248,000 bases of DNA from Hyalangium minutum (GTDB lineage: Bacteria > Myxococcota > Myxococcia > Myxococcales > Myxococcaceae): the NCBI RefSeq assembly GCF_000737315.1, contig NZ_JMCB01000001.1:20001-268000 (forward strand). The letters are read 5' to 3'. The position numbers and the translations under genes were made by a program. The notes under the pieces are model-generated. The model worked only from the letters and a program-made list of their open reading frames with translations. It was not told the DNA's origin and did not search any database. Numbering within the stretch: position 1 is the first letter of the stretch; every line of letters begins with the position of its first letter. Below are positions 109,701 through 117,300 of this stretch, in pieces.

Positions 109701-111308
109701 CCGCCGCCGGCCAGCCCCTCCCTCCTTGGGAGAGAGACGCCCTCCCATACGCCCACCGCCTCGGTCCCAGCGCAGGAGGTCCGTGCGGCCGCACCCACGC
109801 TCCTGCGTCCCAGTGACCCGCCCCGGCGCGTCGCCGTCATCGGCGTGGCCTGCCGGTTCCCGGGCTCCCACGGCCCCGAGTCCTTCTGGGCCAACCTCGC
109901 GGCGGGCCGGGATCTGGTGACGACCGTGCCCACGGAGCGTTGGGACGCCGAGCGGTACTATGACCCGCGCAAGGCGGTGCCCAACAAGAGCTACTCGAAG
110001 TGGGGAGCCTTCGCGGAAGAGGTGGACTTGTTCGACGCGGCCTTCTTCGGCATCGCCGAGGAGGATGCGGACTGGATGGATCCCCAGCAGCGCATCGCGC
110101 TGGAGACGGCGCAGGAGCTGCTGGACGGGGCGGGTTACCCGCGGAAGGAGCTCGCGCACAGCCGGACCGGCGTCTTCCTGGGCGCCACCGCCAACGACTA
110201 CGTGCGCAGCGGCTTCCGAGGCCACGGGCGCTCCACGCCGCACCTGCTGCTGAACACGCTCCAGAACATGGTGGCGGCGCGCATCTCCCACTTCTGGGAC
110301 TTGAAGGGCCCGTCGCTCGTCGTCGACACGGCCTGCTCCTCCTCGCTGCTCGCCATCCATCACGCCTGCCGCGGCATCCTGTCAGGCGAGATCGACATGG
110401 CCATCGCGGGCGGGATGTACCTGCTGCTGGATCCTTTCCTCCACGTCAGCTTCAGCCAGGCGCAGCTGCTCTCGGAGGACGGGCGCACCCGCATCTTCGA
110501 CCGCAAGGCCAGCGGCTTCACGCCGGGCGAGGGCGTGGGCATGGTGCTGCTCAAGGAGTACGGGCAGGCCGTGCGCGACGGGGACCGCATCCTGGCCACC
110601 GTGCTTGGCTCGGCGGTCAACAACGATGGGCGCACCCTGGGGCTGACCATGCCCAGCAAGGAGGCCCAGGTGGAGGTCATCGGCGAAGCCCTCCGCCTCT
110701 CTGGAGTCTCCGCGCGGGACATCGGCTACCTGGAGACCCATGGCTCGGGGAATGCCTTCGGAGATCCGCTGGAGATCCACGCGGCCAGCGAGGTCTTCCG
110801 CCGGGAGAGCTCGCGCAAGCAGTACTGCGGGGTGGGCTCGGTGAAGTCCAACATCGGCGCGCTGCTCCAGGCCGGGGCGGTGGCGAGCTTCATCAAGGTG
110901 GTGCTGGCGCTCCAGCACCAGGAGCTCCCCGCCACCGTGCACTGCGAGGAGCCGCATCCGCGGTTCCACTTCCCGGAGACGCCCTTCTTCCCTGTCACCC
111001 AGCTGCAGCCCTGGGAGCCCCTGGGTGGGACCCGCTACGCGGCCGTCTCCTCCTTTGGATTGGGGGGCACCAACTGCCACCTCGTGCTGGGCCAGGGTGA
111101 CGCGCTGCACCCCGGCTACCGGCCCACACGCCAGCCGCTGGCGCCCACGCGCTTCCAGCGCAAGCGGCACTGGATGCCCTGGACCGAGGCCCAGGAGCCG
111201 AGGAACACGCAGCCCCCCTCGCTGGAGCAGCTCCTCGATGCGCTCGACCAGGGCGCCATCGCCGTGGAGCAGGCAGTGAACGTCATCACCGGCGGCGCCA
111301 GGCCCTAG
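103746..111308 (+). CDS. Trans-AT PKS2: DH-ACP, KS4-DH-KR-ACP, KS5 (probably non-elongating)
   Basis: H.V.G..ILPG DH; KS5 has HGSGN and NIGAL (second His lost). Confidence 0.9.
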   Translation: MSPTIVNPPVMALSSKRLKTTVLFEDYMVRDHLVHGVRILPGVFFLDLTYRMARQQGLEPGQVELRRCLFIEPIAVTESYDKQVRLSVEPQGDHAAISVESRKVKDGVALEEQWTANFTCELHQVPREPRAPLDIARLRATATRRADADELYAFARSVDIDHQEFMKALGTLHYGQGWLLAEVTLSELAQGYLEHFHVHPAYLDFSTLMPFCLFEKDAAERQPFIPIFIDAFRAHGPLSRTCVAYVEQTGQQSLSGDTVHSDIRLFSPEGELLVHFRNFRAKKIRTRNLITQHQAPSQAPEPARPALTPVAPPAAPRPSASASPLERVQAELRSLVSRALKRLPEDVDVNAGFYEQGLASVDLLQIVRALEARLGRELYPTLLFEYTTVSALAGYLVEQFGDLLARPSESAPAEPPPPPPQAAAAAAPAATSPAVESSKPAPRAPAAREEADEDEIAIVGVAGRYPQARDLDEFWANLKAGRDCITEIPRSRWEVERYFDSERGKPGRTYSRWGGFIDGVDEFDPLFFNISPREAEMMDPQERVFLETAWAALEDAGYTRERLGTGKGNDIGVFAGVMWSDYQLFGLEEILKGNPVVAGSWFSSVANRISYFLNLQGPSVPVDTACSSSLYAIHLACESIKRGECSAALVGGVNASLHFSKYLKLSELQMLSTDGRCRTFGKGGNGYVPGEGVGAVLLKPLKRAIADRDTIHAVIKSTAVNHGGRTSGFSVPSPDAQARLIRDALEKARIPASTVSYIEAHGTGTSLGDPIEIAGLTSAFRGDSTEKGFCAVGSVKSNIGHLEAAAGIAGLTKVLLCMRHRTLVPSLHSRELNPSIPFADTPFYVPQEARAWEKRTGHPRRAGISSFGAGGSNAHILLEEYEDPRVGREAASALPQLVVLSARTPERLQESARKLRDFLEAHGEARLEDLAYTLQVGRETMEARLAVVAQDKAELRKALEGYLDGTPEGARRVLSGQVKRGASGAGSESEDHAYHQSLWQGGKLARLAALWTEGTEITWSRLEHSPTLRRIPLPTYPFARRRCWIPQVASSRGAGASAAPVLHPLIDANTSTLKGPRFLKRLTATEFYVADHIVREQRLLPGVVSLEMARAAGALASETGISHLRNVLWASPLVVDSPRDVTVRLSAGGAHVEFEVVTGSGEEATVHALGKLYSSSGEAQQPPAPVSIDEIQRRCAQVLSDEAVYSGFVARGFRYGPGLRAIHELRTGPGEALAELRLPEHLQAEASAYVLHPALLDGALQAVSGLTPPASGGEGELLPFSVGELRLHSPIPSRCFVHVTVGEPKESTGTPTRFHLRLLDEAGRTLVSLRDFTLRRVAREELPVQRPVENPEGLLIYEPHWEETPVPAPYIPSGGDAQRPFLVFEREEAHSQGLRRQLRERSGEAPIIRVQPGEGFRCLSPEHYQITPAREEDYRQLWEALRERGLQPAALFHLWNHEARPLAFDTASSAETVSTELQEQLRLGLQSLFLLARTLPGLRLRERLPVIYAFQGEGEQPQHSAVAGFARSVALENPKLRVRVVRFAPRQAEVPADWDALLRELQPPEQTEVRIGSAGRQVRRFAPVAPPASGTSARPGLLRPRGVYLLTGGAGGLGLVFARYLAREAQARVALLGRSPLDAARRASLSELEAMGAEVLYLSADVADPAALQTAVTRVRERFGALHGIIHAAGVIEDAMAVNKPLNSFQRVLTPKIQGTLNLDAATREVPLDFLVLFSSASAVFGSMGQTDYAAGNQFMDAFATLREELRERGLRSGRTLSLNWPLWREGGMRIQPEVEEMILRNTGLKVLETGRGLTAFSLAQALPGSQLMLLEGDPAVIHKRIELATQPVVRPQRSAPPPPAAPEPAVAERAVAPPTLETLQSHLEQDLSETCSALLKVSTSELDAEADFSDYGVDSLMIMRILDHLEERYTVSLDPSALTEHPSIRSLAKHLVAEHRGHVEARLATPAQAPEPVQPLAAPASPPPPPPASPSLLGRETPSHTPTASVPAQEVRAAAPTLLRPSDPPRRVAVIGVACRFPGSHGPESFWANLAAGRDLVTTVPTERWDAERYYDPRKAVPNKSYSKWGAFAEEVDLFDAAFFGIAEEDADWMDPQQRIALETAQELLDGAGYPRKELAHSRTGVFLGATANDYVRSGFRGHGRSTPHLLLNTLQNMVAARISHFWDLKGPSLVVDTACSSSLLAIHHACRGILSGEIDMAIAGGMYLLLDPFLHVSFSQAQLLSEDGRTRIFDRKASGFTPGEGVGMVLLKEYGQAVRDGDRILATVLGSAVNNDGRTLGLTMPSKEAQVEVIGEALRLSGVSARDIGYLETHGSGNAFGDPLEIHAASEVFRRESSRKQYCGVGSVKSNIGALLQAGAVASFIKVVLALQHQELPATVHCEEPHPRFHFPETPFFPVTQLQPWEPLGGTRYAAVSSFGLGGTNCHLVLGQGDALHPGYRPTRQPLAPTRFQRKRHWMPWTEAQEPRNTQPPSLEQLLDALDQGAIAVEQAVNVITGGARP

Positions 111309-111328
111309 AAACGATTTCGAGCCAGCAC

Positions 111329-114300
111329 ATGACCGAGCGGATTGTGAGCACGAACAGCACCCTCCAGGCATACACCCGGGAGATTCTGGAGAAGTTCGTC
111401 CGGAAGGAGCTCTCACGCGAAGAGGCCCTGGTCCTGCTGCGGAGCCCTGCGCGGCCCGCAGCGGAGCCGGCCGCGCCCGCGGTCCCTGAAGAGCCCTCGC
111501 TCGCGGAGGCGACCACGCGCTACCTGGCACGGCAGCTGGAGGAGCTCGGGAAAGCAGCAGCCCCCGAGCGGAACTTCATGGAGCTGGGGCTGGGCTCGGC
111601 GGACCTGCTGGAGCTCAACACGCGGCTTGAGCGCGATCTGCGCATCGATCTCGTGCCCACGGTCTTCTTCGATCACTCCAGCGTCGGGCGCCTGGCGGAC
111701 TACCTCGCGCGGACTTTCCCGGAGCAGCTCGCCCACGCGCTGCGAGAGTCCCCCAGCGAGGTGCCTTCCGCTCCCGCGCCCTCCCCCGCTCCCACCCCCA
111801 CTCCCACTCCCGCTCCGCTGCCCACCGCCACGCCGCTGGCCCACACTGCTCCCTCCAAGCAGCCGAGGAACGAGCCCTCGGGCGCCCCGGGGACGCGCAC
111901 GGGGGACATCGCCATCATCGGCATGGCGGGCCTGTTCCCGCAGTCGCCCGATCTGGACACGTTCTGGAAGAACCTGGCGGCGGCGAAAGATCTCGTGGAG
112001 GAAGTCCCACGCGAGCGCTGGGACGTGGCGGCCTGGTACGACCCCACCCAGACGCAGCCCAACCGCATCTCCTGCAAGTGGGGGAGCTTCGTCCCGGACG
112101 TGGACAAGTTCGACCCGCTCTTCTTCCACATCTCTCCGCGTGAGGCGGAGGTGATGGACCCGCAGGTGCGGCTGCTGCTCCAGGTGCTCTACAGCACGGC
112201 GGAAGACGCGGGCTGCGTGAGCGCGCTGCGGGGCTCGCACACGGGAATGTTCGTGGGGGCCTGCTTCCGCGACTACGACGACGAGATGCTGCGGCGCGGG
112301 CTTCCGGTGGGGCCGCATGACGGGACGGGCAACGCCGCGACAATGCTGGCCAACCGGCCCTCCTTCTTCTTCGACCTCAAGGGGCCGAGCCTCACGGTGG
112401 ACACCGCCTGCTCCTCCTCGCTGGTGGCGCTGCACCTGGCCTGCCAGGCGCTGCGGCGCGGCGAGTGCGACATGGCCTTCGCCGCGGGCGTGAACCTCAT
112501 CCTCAGCCCGCGCCACTACTTGCACTTCTCCGCGATGAAAGCGCTGTCGCCGACGGGGCACTGCCACGCGTTCGACAGCACCGCGGATGGGTATGTGCCG
112601 GGCGAGGCCGTGGCCGCCGTCCTCCTCAAGCCGCTCGAGCAGGCCCTGCGGGATGGCGATCCCATCCACGCCGTCATCAAGGGCACCAGCGTCAACCATG
112701 GCGGCTACACCAACTCCATCACCGCGCCCAGCCCCGCGATGCAAGCCGAGCTGCTGCTGGAGGCGTGGAAGGACGCCGGCATCGATCCGGAGACGCTGAG
112801 CTACATCGAGGCGCACGGGACGGGCACCCGGCTGGGGGACCCCATCGAGGTGGAGGGGCTGAAGCTGGCCTTCGCCCGGCACACCACGAAGCAGCGCTTC
112901 TGTGCGCTGGGCTCGGCCAAGGCGCACCTGGGCCACACCGAGGCGGCGGCCGGCCTCACCGGCCTCGTCAAGGTGGTGCTCTCGATGAACCGGGGGCTCA
113001 TCCCCTCCATGCCGGGCTTCCGGGAGCTCAACCCCTTCATCAAGCTCGAAGGCAGCCCGCTCTACATCAACGAGAAGCCGAAGGCCTGGCTCACGCCCGT
113101 GGGAGCCCCACGCCGCGCTGGAGTCAGCTCGTTTGGCTTCGGCGGAGCCAACGCGCACGTGGTGCTGGAGGAGTACGTACAGCCCCGCCCAGAAGCGGCC
113201 TCGGAGACGACGGGGATGCCGCTGCTCTTTCCCTTCTCCGCACGGGATGAGGTGCGGCTGCGCGAGCTGGTGGAGCGCTTCGAGTCCTTCCTGTCACGGG
113301 ATGCAGGGCCTTCGCTCGCGGAGGTGGCGTACACCCTCCAGACGGGACGCGCCACGCTGGCCTCGCGGCTGGCCATCATCGCCAGCTCGCACGCGGATCT
113401 GCTGACGGCGCTCAAGGACTTCCAGGCGCGTCGCGAGGTGCCCCTGCCCGGGCTCGTGCGCGTGCGAGAGGACGGCTCTGTCCTGCTCCAGGCCGAGGCG
113501 GCTCCTGGCGAAGCCGGGCTTGCGGAGCTTGCCGGACGGTGGCTGCGCGGGGAGGCCGTCACCTGGCCGGCCCCAGCCTCCGAGTCTCTTCGCCGCGTCT
113601 CGCTGCCCACCTCCACCTTCGCCCGGGAGCGCTACTGGTTCGAGGCAACTCCCGGGGTCACTGGGGTGGAGCCAGCGCCCGCCCAACCCCAGCTGCCCCC
113701 GGCGGGGGCCGAGCTGACGTGGTTCAAGCCCGAGTGGTTCCCCTCCGCGCTGTCCGCGCCCAGCGAGGTCCCAGCCACAGCCGGCGCCGTGCTGGTGTTC
113801 GACCCGGACGGATCGTTCACGCAACAGGTCGAGGCCCAGGATCGCCTGCGCGGGTCCGCTCGCGCGGTGGTGCGCATCCAGCCGGGCGCGGAGTTCCGCC
113901 GTGTGGGGCCGCGGCACTATGAGCTCCAGCCAGAGCACGCGGCAGACTACGAGCGGCTCCTCGATGCGCTGGCCAACGATGGCCTCCGCCTCGCGGGGAT
114001 CCTGTTCTTCTGGGGGAAGCGCAGCCGCTTCGAGTCACCGGACGCCCTGCTAGAGGGGCTCGATGATGCGCTCGGCCAGGGGCTCTACCCGCTGGTGCGG
114101 CTCATCCAGGCCTTGCTGCCCCGGCGCAAGGACGAGCGGATCCAGTTGCTCTATGTCTACCGGTCGGGCGGAGAAGAGGTGATCGCCCACCATGAGGCGC
114201 TGTCCGGCCTTGCGCGTGCGGTGACGGCCGCCGCCCCATGGTTGAACTTCCGCCTCCTGGGGATGGATGCGTCAGGCACGACACCCGAGCTGCGGGTGGA

Positions 114301-117300
114301 GCGCGTGCTGGCGGAGCTGCATGCCAGCGAGGCCGCCACGCAGGTGGAGGTCCGCTACCGCAACGGAGAGCGCCACGTGCGTGGGGTGCGGCCAGTACCA
114401 GCCCATGAGGCAGCCGCGGCGATGGGCCCCGCCTTCCGGCAAGGCGGCATCTATCTGATCACCGGGGGCCTGGGCGGCGTGGGCTACGAGCTGGCGAAGT
114501 ACCTGGCCGGGAAGTACCGGGCCCGGCTCGTGCTGACTGGACGCTCGCCGCTGGAGGACGAGCTGCGGCGGAAGCTGTCACACCTGGAGGGTCTGGGCTC
114601 GGACGCCGTCTATGTGCAGGCGGACGTCGTCTCGCGCAAGGACGTGGATCACTGCCTGGCGTACGTGAAGGCCCGCTACTCGGGGCTTCACGGCATCATC
114701 CACTGCGCGGGCCTGCTGAAGGAGGCCACGCTGGCGGACAAGCGCCAGGAGGACTTCGGGACCACCCTCGCCCCCAAGGTGCAAGGGACGCTGGTGCTCG
114801 ATCAGGCCACCCGGGCAGCACCCCTCGAGCTCTTCGTCGTCCTCTCCTCTGTCTCCACGGTGATCGGCACCTCGCTGGCCGCCGACTACGCCACGGCCAA
114901 CCGCTTCCTGGACAGCTTCGCGGCCCTGCGCGAGTCGCTGCGCCAGCGCGGCCAGCGCCAGGGCCAGACGCTGTCGATCTGCTACCCGTACTGGCGCGAT
115001 GGCGGCATGCGGATGTCGCCGGAGAAGGAGGCGCTCGTTCTCCAGGCCACGGGCATGGAGCCGCTCTCCTCCGCGCAGGGAATCCAGGCGCTGGAGACGG
115101 CGCTGGCGCTGGGCCACCAGCAGGGGTTGCCCCAGATCCTCACTGCCTTCGGGGAGCTGGAGAAGATGCAGCGGGCGCTCCAGGCAGCACCGCCGCCCCC
115201 GGCCGCCGCAGCTGCCACGCCGCCGGCCCGGCCCGCCACGCCTCCTGACGCCTCCCAAAGCGCGGCGCTCGAGGCGCGGCTCACGACGGAGCTCGTGGAG
115301 TTGGCGGTGAAGACCTTGCGCCTGCAAGGTACCGTCAACCCTCGCTCCGAGCTGTCCGGGTACGGCTTCGAGTCCATCACCATCCTCGAGTTCACTCAGG
115401 CGTTGAATGCCCGGTACGGGACAGCGCTCTCACCCGCCCTCTTCTACGAGCACCGCACCATCGAAGGCTACGTGCGCTTTCTGCTGAGCAAGCACGCCGC
115501 CACCCTCCTGGGGACCCTCCCCGAACACGCCCCCGCCCCCACTCCTGGGGTGGCCACCAGCCCCGTGCCTTCCTCTGGCCCTCGCGAAGAGCAGTCGGCC
115601 GAGACTCGCCAGGACGAGGCCATCGCCGTCGTCGGCATGGCCGGCGTCTTCCCAGGCTCGCCGGATCTGGAGACGTTCTGGAGCAACATCCAGGCGGGTA
115701 GAGATCTCGTGGGGGAGATTCCACGCGAGCGGTTCCGCTGGGAGGACTTCCACGGCGACGGCGTCCCCGAGGAGCGGCGCATCACCAGCCCCCGAGGAGG
115801 CTTCATCCAGGACGTCGACTGCTTCGATCCGCTGCTCTTCAACTTGTCGCCACTCGAGGCGGAGTTGATGGATCCTCAGCAGCGCATCTTCCTGGAGATG
115901 GTGTGGCGGACGCTGGAGGACGCCGGATACCGGCCTGAGGAGCTGTCCCGGCGGAAGACGGGCGTGTTCGTCGGCGTGTCCAACGTGGACTACCGGGACG
116001 TGCTCGCCGGTGCTGGCCGGATGTCGGAGGTCTACATTACCACGGGGCTGTCCACCTCGCTCATCCCCAACCGCGTCTCCTACCTGTTCGACTGGAGCGG
116101 GCCCAGCGAGCCGGTGGACACGGGGTGCTCGAGCTCTCTGGTAGCCCTCCACCGCGCGATGGCCGCGCTGCGCGCGGGGGACTGTGACGCGGCCGTGGTG
116201 GGTGGCATCAACCTGCTGCTCAGCCCCACGCCCTTCATCGCCTGCAGCCGGGCGGGGATGCTCTCCCCGGACGGCCGGTGCATGACGTTCGACAAGCGCG
116301 CCAACGGCTACGTGCGCGGCGAAGGGGCCGGCGCGCTGCTGCTCAAGCCGCTCTCCCGGGCGCTCGCCGATGGGGACCGCATCCACGCCGTCATCCGCGG
116401 CACCGCCATCAACCACGGCGGCCATGCTCAGGGGCTGACCGTGCCCAACCCCACGGCCCAGTCGCAGGTGCTCATCTCCGTTTACGAGAAGGCAGGGGTG
116501 GATCCCGCGACGCTCGGCTTCATCGAAGCGCACGGGACCGGCACCTCGCTGGGAGATCCCATCGAGGTCAACGGGCTTCGAAAGCTCTTCCAGCACTTCC
116601 ACGGCGACACGAGCCCCGCGGGCGCGCGCTGCGGCCTGGGCACGGTGAAGTCGAACATCGGCCACCTGGAGTCGGCGGCCGGCATCGCCGGGGTGATCAA
116701 GGTCATCCTCTCCCTGAAGCATCGCACGCTGCCCGCCAGCCTCCACTGCCAGGAACTGAACCCCTTCATTGATCTGTCGGGGAGCCCGCTCTACATCGTG
116801 CGGGAGACGCAGCCCTGGGAGGCTCGCGAGGACGCGCAGGGCCAACGCCTGCCACGCCGTGCAGGCGTGAGCTCCTTCGGCTTTGGCGGCGTGAACGCCC
116901 ATGCCTTGCTCGAGGAGTATGTCGAGGCTCCCACCTCCCCGGCCCAGGAGACCCCGCGCCTCATGGGAGGCCAGGAGCTGATTGTCCTGTCCGCCCGGAA
117001 CGCGGAGCGGCTGACCGAGTCGGCGCGGCGCCTGGCCACCTTCCTTCAGCGGGCCGAGGCCTCTGCCCCGCCCTTGGCGGATATCGCCCGAACCTTGCGC
117101 GAGGGCCGGCGTGAAATGGAGCACCGCCTGGCCATCATCGCCAGCTCGGTGGGGGAGCTGCGCGCCCGGCTGGAGGACTTCCTCGCGGGCCAGAAGCACG
117201 CGGCCCTCCTCACCGGAAAGGCCTCCTCCGAGAGCCCCTCGCTCCAGCTGATGGAGGAGAGCGAAGAGGGGCGGGCTTTCATCGCCAGCCTGGTCCGCAA